Source: Candidatus Dojkabacteria bacterium
Lineage (GTDB): Bacteria > Patescibacteriota > Dojkabacteria > B142 > JAFGMG01
NCBI GenBank assembly: GCA_016927655.1
Contig: JAFGMG010000012.1
Location: 1-40,617 of the forward strand
Length of the DNA stretch: 40,617 bases
Reading direction: 5' to 3'
The notes below the pieces were generated by a model, which had not been told where the DNA came from, did not search any database, and saw nothing but the letters and a program-made list of their open reading frames with translations. Shown here one piece after another: positions 8,941-17,565 of the stretch; the first letter of the stretch is position 1; every line of letters begins with the position of its first letter. The translations under genes were made by a program, and so were the position numbers.

Positions 8941-9267
8941 ATGACTAAGCCTAAAAGAGAGCCAAAAAGCCTTAAGGATTTATTTATGCAGAACGATATC
9001 ATTGCAGATCGAATGAACGCTGCTAAATATGTTACTCATGAATTCCAGGATTACGGCTACCGCCTTGCTGTAAAATTAGACGATTTAGAGCATAAAGCGC
9101 TTTATATAAGGCTTGCAAAAAATGAGAAACGGCCATATCTTGATCAGGCATTAAGCTACACTCTGGACTATCCAAAAGCACGTAATAAAGCTAAAATATT
9201 TATGTGGAAATTAGGAGATCTAAAACGAAAATTAAAAACTGACAATCAGGATGGAAAAAATAAATAG
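8941..9267 (+). CDS. Hypothetical protein (basic, helical)
   Basis: ATG at 8941 just after the Mur ligase stop, in the frame of ORF 8863..9267; the longer start overlaps the upstream gene. Confidence 0.7.
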   Translation: MTKPKREPKSLKDLFMQNDIIADRMNAAKYVTHEFQDYGYRLAVKLDDLEHKALYIRLAKNEKRPYLDQALSYTLDYPKARNKAKIFMWKLGDLKRKLKTDNQDGKNK

Positions 9268-9664
9268 GAAGTGGTTTATCATACCGCAGAAAAACAAAAC
9301 TATTCGTTTACCAAGAAATCCATTACTGACTGTTTTTGCAGCAATTGCTATATATTCAATGATAATTCCGACTGTTTTTGTTGATATAACTGCGCAGATT
9401 TATCAGGTAGTCTATTTTTCTATCATGCATATTCCCAAAATTAAAAGATCTGATTATTTAGTTTTTGATAGACAAAGAATTTCTACTCTCAACCCGATGC
9501 AGAAGCTTGGCTGTATTTATTGCAGTTATGTAAATGGAATTCTTGCCTGGGCTAAGGCGTTAGCTAATCAGACTGAAATATACAGTTGCGCAATTAAGCA
9601 TAGTACAAAGAGAGAAGGACAAGAACATCAGGAGGAATATTATGAAATAAATAATATAAGTTAG
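9251..9664 (+). CDS. Hypothetical membrane protein with CxYCxY and CAIKH motifs
   Basis: Hydrophobic N-terminal segment and GCIYCSYVNG...YSCAIKH; operonic position. Confidence 0.75.
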   Translation: MEKINRKWFIIPQKNKTIRLPRNPLLTVFAAIAIYSMIIPTVFVDITAQIYQVVYFSIMHIPKIKRSDYLVFDRQRISTLNPMQKLGCIYCSYVNGILAWAKALANQTEIYSCAIKHSTKREGQEHQEEYYEINNIS

Positions 9665-9676
9665 TTGGATTTAATC

Positions 9677-10639
9677 ATGATAACAGTAATTTTGACATCC
9701 TACAAAGAGCCAAACACGATCGGAAAGGCTGCACAGTCGATTGCTGATTCAAAATATTCAGGCTATTCGGGTGAAATGCAGCTTATTCAAATCAGCCCTG
9801 ATAAAGAAACACTTGAAGAAGGGGCAAAAATACTTACACATTTAAAAAATGAAAATTCGAAATTGCAATTCGAGCAAATTACTGATCCCGGGAAAGGCAA
9901 GCCTGTTGCCTTAAATCTTGGACTAAGAGCAGCTAAAGGCGAGATAATTATTTTTACGGATGGCGATGTTTATTTTGAAAAAAATGCAGTAAAAGCTTTG
10001 ATTGATAAATTTAGTGAGGACAGTAGTATTGGAGGTGTCTCGGGAAGACCAGTTTCAAAAGATTCAAAGTCAACTATGATGGGATACTACGGTCATCTTT
10101 TTGCTGATGCAAATCACTACCGAAGAGAGATTGATTTAGCGAAAGCTCATCAAGAAACAAGTAGGATCTTTGTTAGAAGGCATAGATTTTTCCCGATGAG
10201 CGGATATATTATGGCTGTTAAACGCGAATTCCTGGCCGAATCACTCCCGGAAGATGTCTTAGTTGATGACGCTTACATTAGTTATTATGTTTTTAATCAA
10301 GGCAAAAAAATTGCTTATGAACCGGAAGCTATCGCCTTTATTAAATACCCTGCTAATCTTAATGATTATTTTAGGCAGAAAAAAAGATCAACTGGGGGAT
10401 ATATTCAGTTATGGAAATATCCAAATATTGTGAAGGAAGAAACAAAATCAAGAAGTCCCTGGCATGAGCTTGAAATGTTCTGGTTTCCGTTTAAATATGC
10501 GAAAAATGTCCGTGAATTTTTTTGGTCAGGCTTAATAATTCCAATTAGAGCCTGGCTCTGGATGCAAATTATATTTGAACAAAGAATTCTCAAAAAAGAC
10601 TTTGAGAAAACCTGGGTCAGAGTTGAGAGCACTAAATAA
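9677..10639 (+). CDS. Glycosyltransferase family 2
   Basis: TVILTSYKE, GKPVALN, IIFTDGD (DxD), LVDD, QKKRS (QxxRW-like). ATG at 9677 preferred over TTG at 9665. Confidence 0.9.
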   Translation: MITVILTSYKEPNTIGKAAQSIADSKYSGYSGEMQLIQISPDKETLEEGAKILTHLKNENSKLQFEQITDPGKGKPVALNLGLRAAKGEIIIFTDGDVYFEKNAVKALIDKFSEDSSIGGVSGRPVSKDSKSTMMGYYGHLFADANHYRREIDLAKAHQETSRIFVRRHRFFPMSGYIMAVKREFLAESLPEDVLVDDAYISYYVFNQGKKIAYEPEAIAFIKYPANLNDYFRQKKRSTGGYIQLWKYPNIVKEETKSRSPWHELEMFWFPFKYAKNVREFFWSGLIIPIRAWLWMQIIFEQRILKKDFEKTWVRVESTK

Positions 10640-10933
10640 TTATCTAGCTCTCTGCATTCTCTCCATTATCATTCTTAGACCATCGTTTCCGTATTTTAGC
10701 GATTCGCTGATTCTGGCGATTGTTGCTGAGCTTGCCCCGGTTTCCCTCTCTATTTCTACATAGGGGATTCCTTTGTGCAGCATTGTAGCAATTCTGAAGC
10801 GTAAGACCATCGTCTTTAGCTCTGTCTTGGAAAACAAGTCTTTTATATAACTTTTTGCTTCGTCTGAATTTCTTATTTTTAAGAATGATTTGGAGAGCTT
10901 TTCGAGATCTTTTTCAAATTGATCTTCTTTCAT
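10640..10933 (-). CDS. TrpR-like (YerC/YecD family) DNA-binding protein
   Basis: DLFSKTEL...RFRIATML.KG.PY.EIERETGASSATIARIS.SLKYGNDG, the family signature. Confidence 0.92.
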   Translation of the reverse strand: MKEDQFEKDLEKLSKSFLKIRNSDEAKSYIKDLFSKTELKTMVLRFRIATMLHKGIPYVEIERETGASSATIARISESLKYGNDGLRMIMERMQRAR

Positions 10934-10955
10934 AGCTGCTTATTTAATAATTATT

Positions 10956-10993
10956 CTCTTTTACAGAGTAAAGCAGGAAGGATGAGATGTCAA
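10956..10993 (-). promoter_or_regulatory. Promoter and candidate operator of the TrpR-like gene
   Basis: TTGACA (10993-10988), 17 bp, TACTCT (10970-10965); imperfect palindrome CTCTTTTACAGAGTAAAGCA (10956-10975) overlaps the -10. Confidence 0.55.
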
Positions 10994-11018
10994 ATCATGA
11001 AGCAATATTGAAGGAAAG

Positions 11019-11102
11019 TGCCGCAAGGGGGAGTCGAACCCCCAAGCCCTTACGGGCACTGGTTCCTAAGACCAGCGTGTCTACCAATTTCACCATCGCG
11101 GC
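11019..11102 (-). tRNA. tRNA-Leu(TAG), CCA not encoded
   Basis: GCCGCGA/TTGCGGC acceptor stem, anticodon arm CTGGT-CTTAGGA-ACCAG, long variable arm, GTTCGAC T-loop; upstream TGgTATAAT (11122-11114). Confidence 0.97.
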
Positions 11103-11140
11103 GTTTCGTGTCAATTATACCATTGAGACAATCTTAGCAA

Positions 11141-11317
11141 CAAGGTGATGTAATTCATTTATTGACTGACGTCGTATGTGTCCTGCTTTTTCCAAGTCTT
11201 AGAATCAGTTTCTGGAAAGTACTATCTACAAGTGGATTTGAATTACAATTTTTGTATTTAATTAAAGTCAGACACTTAGTACGTCACATTCATAGTGATA
11301 TATGCATCCCCATCTTG
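11141..11317 (+). ncRNA. Candidate structured ncRNA, 6S RNA-like rod
   Basis: Nested long-range pairings: CAAGGTG/CATCTTG, ATGTA/TGCAT, TCATT/AGTGA, TGACGT/ACGTCA, GTGTC/GACAC, CTTT/AAAG. The wobble pairs read as G-U on the + strand. Confidence 0.5.
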
Positions 11318-11344
11318 GACAGCAAACAGAAATTAATGTAAATT

Positions 11345-12586
11345 GTGGGCGTTTCTTACCATCGTTTGGTGAAATCACAACTTACAAGATTTGAAAAATT
11401 GTTTCTTACGAGCAACAACCTCATGTGGGCAGGAGGTTATGTTTTTGATGTTATTCTTGCTTTTTTTATCTGGGGAGAAAGCGACAACCTAAATAATCTT
11501 CTTGTATTCAAACTCTTCTGGACAATTGGAATAGTTGTAGGGGCATTTGCTGCAGTTTTTTTGCTTGTTCGTATAAACCCAATTTTTGTTAGGGTGTTAT
11601 CATTTCTGATTGCGGTCGGATTCGCTATATCGCTTCTATTCTTGAATATCACAGGCACAAAGGTTTTAATAATTCTTGGAACTTTATATGGCTTCAAAGT
11701 CGGGCTAGGATCTCAGCCATACAATTTTATGTATCAGGTTATGATTAGGCCACAAAACAGAATTTACTTTTCAAGCTTGCAAAATGGAGTTTATGAAGTG
11801 GTTATGATTTTTTTCCCCTTTCTAGTAACACAAATAGTAGATATTACTGAAAATTACGATATAGTTTTTATTCTTGCTGTAATTCTTACCATACTGTCAA
11901 CATTTCCTTTATTCGTAGGGCTAGGCAAGAACAAAAAGCAGGAGATCAAAAAGACGGATTTTAAAGGTACGATTCAAGAGATAAAAAATAGTAACAATTT
12001 GAAAAATTTGCTTAAACTTAAATTTATCGATGGTATTCAAAATGGCTTTGAGATCGCTGTTTTCCCCGTACTGGGACTTTTTATTGTATCGGATGTCGGA
12101 ACCTGGGGAATTGTAAACACAATCTTTGCCATAATTGGAGTGATTTTGTACTTTACTGTGGCTAAGAAATTGAGATTTAAAGAAGCTGCACCAATATTTA
12201 ATATTGTTTCTGTACTCTATTCAATAATTGCCTTGTTTTTCGGTATCTATCTTTCTCTAGAATTATATATCGCATTTTTATTTGCTCTTGTGCTTGATAG
12301 AACCTTGATAAACACAGTTTACAACTCAGTTAATTCAAAGGTTGTAGATAGACGTATTGAGGAAACCGAACACCTAGATGAATATTTGACTTTGAGCGAG
12401 ATACCGTTATTTTTAGGCAGGATTATTCCACTGCTTGCTTTGCTTCTGACGGGTGGGAATATTGAAGGAGTCAGCATGAGCCTGATTCTTCTTCTAGTTG
12501 CGTTTATCCCTATGGCGATGACTTATATTTTAGGCAAGATTGAAATCGTAAAAGAGGCAAAGGATCCTTTCATTGCTTCAGATTAG
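11345..12586 (+). CDS. MFS-like transporter (~12 TM)
   Basis: 413 aa, two hydrophobic halves separated by a charged central loop; start uncertain. Confidence 0.75.
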   Translation: MGVSYHRLVKSQLTRFEKLFLTSNNLMWAGGYVFDVILAFFIWGESDNLNNLLVFKLFWTIGIVVGAFAAVFLLVRINPIFVRVLSFLIAVGFAISLLFLNITGTKVLIILGTLYGFKVGLGSQPYNFMYQVMIRPQNRIYFSSLQNGVYEVVMIFFPFLVTQIVDITENYDIVFILAVILTILSTFPLFVGLGKNKKQEIKKTDFKGTIQEIKNSNNLKNLLKLKFIDGIQNGFEIAVFPVLGLFIVSDVGTWGIVNTIFAIIGVILYFTVAKKLRFKEAAPIFNIVSVLYSIIALFFGIYLSLELYIAFLFALVLDRTLINTVYNSVNSKVVDRRIEETEHLDEYLTLSEIPLFLGRIIPLLALLLTGGNIEGVSMSLILLLVAFIPMAMTYILGKIEIVKEAKDPFIASD

Positions 12587-13182
12587 AATTTGTAAATACT
12601 ATCTTCTGTGATGCAATAATCAAGTCCAACGTCATTTTTATGAGCTGGTATTCCTTTCTGTACTAATTGTATTTCATAAGCAAATCCGACTTTAATTGAT
12701 CTTGAAGACTGTCTTTTCAGGAACCTATCGTAGCTGCCATTTCCATGTCCAAGCCTGTTGCCGTTTAGATCGAAACCTAAAAGAGGGATCACTATATAAT
12801 CTAATTCTATCCCAAGCCTTGTACTTTCATCTGGTTGATCTATACCCTCTGGGGCTGGTATGCCAAACCGTCCTTTGTAGAACGTTGTTTCATCGTTAAT
12901 TTTCCTAGGGGTTATTGTGTTTGTTTCAGCATCAAAAACTGGGATAAATAATTCAACATTATCCTGCTTCAAAAGTTCATCCATCAAAAACCAAGTGTCT
13001 ACCTCATTTGAGTTCTCCTGTGGGAGGTATATTAGAATTTGTTTATTTTTTAGGTCAAATTCTTCTAAAAATGCAAAAACTATCTGCTCAGATATAATTC
13101 TGACTTCCTCAGTCTTCATGTTCGCGCGCTTTTGTTTTTTCTTATCGCGAAGTTGTGACTTTTGTTTAGCTTTCAGCGACAT
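12583..13182 (-). CDS. ygfA: 5-formyltetrahydrofolate cyclo-ligase
   Basis: KSQLR, NEVDT, FGIPAP, VIPLLGFDLNGNRLGHGNGSYDRFL, HKNDVGLD..ITE. Confidence 0.93.
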   Translation of the reverse strand: MSLKAKQKSQLRDKKKQKRANMKTEEVRIISEQIVFAFLEEFDLKNKQILIYLPQENSNEVDTWFLMDELLKQDNVELFIPVFDAETNTITPRKINDETTFYKGRFGIPAPEGIDQPDESTRLGIELDYIVIPLLGFDLNGNRLGHGNGSYDRFLKRQSSRSIKVGFAYEIQLVQKGIPAHKNDVGLDYCITEDSIYKF

Positions 13183-15807
13183 CTATTTCCAAAGACTATA
13201 CTTACTTGTCAGTTCATCGATTTTATCCCGATCTCCCCAAATTCCAATCCCATAGTACTCCAATTCGTCAGAATTTTTGTCTCTTAGAACCTTATCGATA
13301 TCCTCGTCTTTCTTAACTTCAAGATGCTCAGCTAAAAATGGATACTTTATTAGGTTAGTATTTATCAACTCAGAGTTCAATTTTTTAAGAGCCTTCCCAC
13401 CAGTTTTCAAAACAACAATTGGGTACTGACCACTTCTGTCAAAGCTTTCTCCAGTTTTGGTCTTATATGGCCTTCCAGAGTGAAAATTTTCTTTATCTAT
13501 TTGGTTACCAAGATATGCAGAAATATGCCCAACAGTATTCAAGACCTTCCAGTTTTCCAGGTCTTCATTGACTACTATGACTATTTTCTTGCTCATGTCC
13601 TGATTCCCACTTTTTGCGGTAACTGCAGGTTCTTTATTACCAACGTTTTCTTGTGTGTAATCCTTCTCCCCGCTAAACTCTTTCATATTGCTAAATGTCT
13701 TTATCAGACTTTCTGCTAGCTCACCAAAGTCTATTCCAAGACCATCTATCCCCAACTGCACGTCTTCTCTGTCAATCTTTCTTGCGAAGCCTTTGTCTTT
13801 GAATTTCTTCCTGATTGATTTGACCTTCATGTCATCAAATCTTCCATCTTTCATTTTCGAATATGCATAGAGGAGCCCTGCGAACTCGTCCACTGCTAAG
13901 ATTGCATTGGCCAAAACAGTCTTCGGCATCACATCTGTGAGTTTGTATGCATGCGCAGCAACTGCATGTATCATTGCCTCCGGATATCCCCATTCCTTGA
14001 ACCACTCTAACTCTGTATTAGGATGCTCGTCTGGGTGCTTGTCAAAATCAAGATCGTGAAATAGACCAGTTATATACCACAAATTTTTATCTTCATTATA
14101 CTTTTCTGCTAGATCCTCAAGCGCAGCTCCTACCATCTTTGCATGAAGGAATTGGTATTCATCCTTGACGTATTTTTCCAGTATCTTCAAAGCGTCTCCT
14201 TTGTTTGGTAGCCCCTTTGTATCCTGACTAATTTTTGGATCATTAGTCTCTTTTTTCCCTTGAACATTTAACCCAACATACTCTTCTCCATATATCTCTT
14301 TTTGTATTTTTGTCACTGGCGAGCGTCTCATCATCGGAAAGAAAATTACGTCATCTATATATTCCGACTCAGTAAACATCATCGCCAATCTTTCAATTCC
14401 AGGGCCCAGACCAGTGGTTGGAGGCATCCCATACTCCATTGCCTCTATAAACTCTATGTCCATTGGATGTGCTTCTTCATCACCACCAAGTTTTCTGTTA
14501 TGTTGCTCTTTGAATCTCTCAAAAAGCTCGACTGGATCGTTTAATTCAGTCCAATTGTCTCCTGCTTCCATTCCCCCCATAAAAACTTCAAATCTTTCTA
14601 CAAATCTTTTGTCGCCTTCCATTCGTTTTGCAAGCGGAGAAATCTCAACAGGATGACCGTAAATAAAAACTGGCTCAATAAGATGCTCTTCAACCTTGGC
14701 TTCAAAAACTTTAAACATAGACTCTCCAATTGATTTTGGTTTTTCTTCCTGGTAGCCTATTTCGTCTAGGATTTTGTGTGCTTCATCTAAACTCTTTACC
14801 TGGTCAAAGTCATAATTCGCATATTTTTTGACTGCATCAAGCATGGTGATTTTTGCCCATGGCTTTTGCAGGTCAACTTCCTGACCCTTTATTTTGAAAT
14901 TGTATTTATCAAAAACATTTTTCGCAATATATTTATACATTTCCTCAGTCAGGTCCATATTAAACTCATAGTTCTCATATGCTGACATTGTCTCAAGAAT
15001 ATTAAATTCAGGATTATGTGTTCTATCAATCCCTTCATTTCTAAAATAGCCAACTATATTAAATACATTTTCAAAACCGGCAACTATTAATCTTTTCAGA
15101 TACAATTCGTGTGCAATCGCTAAGTAAAAATCTTCCCCAAGTGCATTCACAGTTGTCATAAAAGGTTTAGCAGAACTTCCGCCATATACAGGCTGTATGA
15201 TTGGGGTCTTTATTTCCAAAAATCCTTTTGAGTCCATAAAGGCACGAATATTAAAGAGAATTTTTGCAGCAATTTCAAACTTCTTCATTTTCTCTGGATG
15301 CATTATCATATCCAGATATCTCTGTCTAAAGAGTGTTTCTTTGTCCTTTATTCCTTGATGTTTATCCGGAAGAGGTCGAATTGCCTTTGTTAGGATTTTG
15401 AACTCCTTTACTAATAAAGATACTTCCCCGCTATTTGTCTTTGTGACTACACCTGTAGCTTGGACTATGTCGCCAACATCTATTAAATTTAGATCCGAAA
15501 ATCCAATTGTCTGCTTTTCTTTTGAAGTTTCTAACAGTTCTTCGCCTTTGATATAAAGTTGTAATTGCCCAGTTTGATCCTGAATATGACCAAAAAATAG
15601 TGCCCCATGTTCCCGCTTTGATACCAATCTGCCAGCTACAGTCAACGTTTTTCCGTCATAGCTATCATAGTCACTGACTATATCTTTGAGGTGCACATCC
15701 CTCTTTGCTTTCGAAGGATATGAGTTGATTCCAAGTTGCTTCAATTTCTCAACTTTGTCTAGTCTTTCCTGTCTGATTTGTGCGAGAGTTGAGCGCGGAT
15801 TATCCAT
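13183..15807 (-). CDS. lysS: Class II lysyl-tRNA synthetase fused to an HD-superfamily hydrolase and a DUF2000-like domain
   Basis: OB fold, RQRYLD, YFRNEGIDRTHNPEF, ELNDP, EYGMPPTTGLGPGIERL (aa 1-~495); then H..HD..H..D domain; then KKIVIVVNEDL..WKVLNTVGHISAYLG...LTSKYSLWK. Confidence 0.95.
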   Translation of the reverse strand: MDNPRSTLAQIRQERLDKVEKLKQLGINSYPSKAKRDVHLKDIVSDYDSYDGKTLTVAGRLVSKREHGALFFGHIQDQTGQLQLYIKGEELLETSKEKQTIGFSDLNLIDVGDIVQATGVVTKTNSGEVSLLVKEFKILTKAIRPLPDKHQGIKDKETLFRQRYLDMIMHPEKMKKFEIAAKILFNIRAFMDSKGFLEIKTPIIQPVYGGSSAKPFMTTVNALGEDFYLAIAHELYLKRLIVAGFENVFNIVGYFRNEGIDRTHNPEFNILETMSAYENYEFNMDLTEEMYKYIAKNVFDKYNFKIKGQEVDLQKPWAKITMLDAVKKYANYDFDQVKSLDEAHKILDEIGYQEEKPKSIGESMFKVFEAKVEEHLIEPVFIYGHPVEISPLAKRMEGDKRFVERFEVFMGGMEAGDNWTELNDPVELFERFKEQHNRKLGGDEEAHPMDIEFIEAMEYGMPPTTGLGPGIERLAMMFTESEYIDDVIFFPMMRRSPVTKIQKEIYGEEYVGLNVQGKKETNDPKISQDTKGLPNKGDALKILEKYVKDEYQFLHAKMVGAALEDLAEKYNEDKNLWYITGLFHDLDFDKHPDEHPNTELEWFKEWGYPEAMIHAVAAHAYKLTDVMPKTVLANAILAVDEFAGLLYAYSKMKDGRFDDMKVKSIRKKFKDKGFARKIDREDVQLGIDGLGIDFGELAESLIKTFSNMKEFSGEKDYTQENVGNKEPAVTAKSGNQDMSKKIVIVVNEDLENWKVLNTVGHISAYLGNQIDKENFHSGRPYKTKTGESFDRSGQYPIVVLKTGGKALKKLNSELINTNLIKYPFLAEHLEVKKDEDIDKVLRDKNSDELEYYGIGIWGDRDKIDELTSKYSLWK

Positions 15808-15906
15808 CTATACTAAAATAACGGCTAAAACGCGAATATTATAACAAAAGTGGATCGAAGTAGCACATGATGTGTTAGAATAACAATTATTGTTATAAAG
15901 CCTGCT

Positions 15907-17109
15907 ATGAAATACAAGCCAGATTCAAAAATTCTCACAAAATACGCTGATGTTTTGATCAAATTCGCACTTAATTCCGGGGATGGAATCAAAAAAGACG
16001 AGGTTGTAATTCTGCTGGTTCCTGATATTGCAAAGGGTTTGTTAAAAGAGCTCCAGCGTGCAGTTCTTGAAGAAGGGGCTCATCCAATTGTGAGGCTTCT
16101 GCCGACTGGTCTTAATAGACAATATTATGAGCTTGCAAGTGATGAGCAGATTAAGTTTTTCCCTAGAAGATATAAAAAGGCTTTAGCTGATCTAATTGAT
16201 CATCAAGTTGCAATTATTGCAGATACAAATTTAAAAGAACTAGACGGTATTGAGCCTGAAAAAATAGTTTTATCACAGGAATCCAGAAAGCTAACTCGCG
16301 AATGGCTCGAAGATAAGGAATACAAAGGCAAATTTACTTGGACAGCTGCACTGTATCCAACTACTGCTTATTCAAATGAGTCCGGAATGAGCCTTAAGGA
16401 ATACTGGGCTGAGGTTATTCGTGCCTGCTATCTTGATAAGAAAGACCCTGTTCGCGAGTGGAGGAAGATTTTGAAAGCTCAAGAAATTACTAAAGCCAAA
16501 TTGGACAAACTTAATATTAAAAGTCTGCAAATAAAAGGCGATGATATTGATCTAACGGTAAAAATTGGAGAAAAAAGACGCTGGCTCGGCGGCAGCGGGA
16601 GAAATATTCCAAGCTACGAGTTATTTATCAGTCCGGATTGGAGAGGGACCGAGGGCTATATCAAATTTAACCAGCCTCTTTTTATGTATGGAAATAAAAT
16701 CAAAGATATAGAACTGTGGTTTAAAAAGGGTAAAGTCATCAAAGCTGATGCAAGCTACAACAAGCCTCTTCTTTTGAAAATGATTGAGCGCAAAAATGCC
16801 GATAAAGTTGGTGAATTTTCACTTACTGATAGGAAATTCTCCAGAATTCACAAATTTATGGCGAATACACTTTATGATGAAAATATCGGCGGCAGGTACG
16901 GCAATATGCACATTGCTCTTGGGCTTGCATACAAAGAAAGCTACACAGGAGATATTCAATCTATGAAAAAACCTGACTGGACAAAAGCAGGATTTAACCA
17001 GTCAGCCGAACACAAGGACATCATAAATACTCAGAAAAAGACCGTGACTGCTATATTGCCTGGAGGGAAGAAAAAAATTATTTACAAGAATGGGGAATTT
17101 CTTGTTTAA
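15907..17109 (+). CDS. Aminopeptidase, M29 (AmpS/PepS/AmpT) family
   Basis: KYADVLI, NIPSYELFISP, VGEFSL, TLYDENIGG..GNMHIALGLAY, FNQSAEHKDI. Confidence 0.93.
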   Translation: MKYKPDSKILTKYADVLIKFALNSGDGIKKDEVVILLVPDIAKGLLKELQRAVLEEGAHPIVRLLPTGLNRQYYELASDEQIKFFPRRYKKALADLIDHQVAIIADTNLKELDGIEPEKIVLSQESRKLTREWLEDKEYKGKFTWTAALYPTTAYSNESGMSLKEYWAEVIRACYLDKKDPVREWRKILKAQEITKAKLDKLNIKSLQIKGDDIDLTVKIGEKRRWLGGSGRNIPSYELFISPDWRGTEGYIKFNQPLFMYGNKIKDIELWFKKGKVIKADASYNKPLLLKMIERKNADKVGEFSLTDRKFSRIHKFMANTLYDENIGGRYGNMHIALGLAYKESYTGDIQSMKKPDWTKAGFNQSAEHKDIINTQKKTVTAILPGGKKKIIYKNGEFLV

Positions 17110-17113
17110 AATT

Positions 17114-17563
17114 CTAGTTTGAGTAACCGAATGATCCGCTTGTGCTATAGGTTAGATAAGTATTGTTTTTTAGCAGCTCAGTTGTATTTTTTGTCATATC
17201 ATAGCTTCTGATTTCTCCGCCAATTTCTCCGTATTTAACTTTCACATTAGAATAGTCCGTATACTCCTTTAACCACGAAATAGTTTTTACTTCCATTTCA
17301 TCGACTGTTTTGTATCCAGGGTATGTAACGACAAATAAATCTTCGGCTTGTGAATATGATAGCCTGTATTCTTCCTCTACGTATGGCAGCGCTGATTTAA
17401 TATCTTCAATTTGGGCTGGATCCTGCTCTTTATAAACAGTATCTTCATTTGACTCTCTTTTTGTACCGTCGGAAATGAGCGCACTTAGTATGACCAAAAG
17501 AAACACGATCACACCCAGAACAATGATTAGACTTCTATATTTCTTTATATCACTTAAATCCAT
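17114..17563 (-). CDS. Hypothetical membrane-anchored protein
   Basis: Single N-terminal TM; co-oriented 2 nt after the M23 gene. Confidence 0.7.
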   Translation of the reverse strand: MDLSDIKKYRSLIIVLGVIVFLLVILSALISDGTKRESNEDTVYKEQDPAQIEDIKSALPYVEEEYRLSYSQAEDLFVVTYPGYKTVDEMEVKTISWLKEYTDYSNVKVKYGEIGGEIRSYDMTKNTTELLKNNTYLTYSTSGSFGYSN

Positions 17564-17565
17564 GA

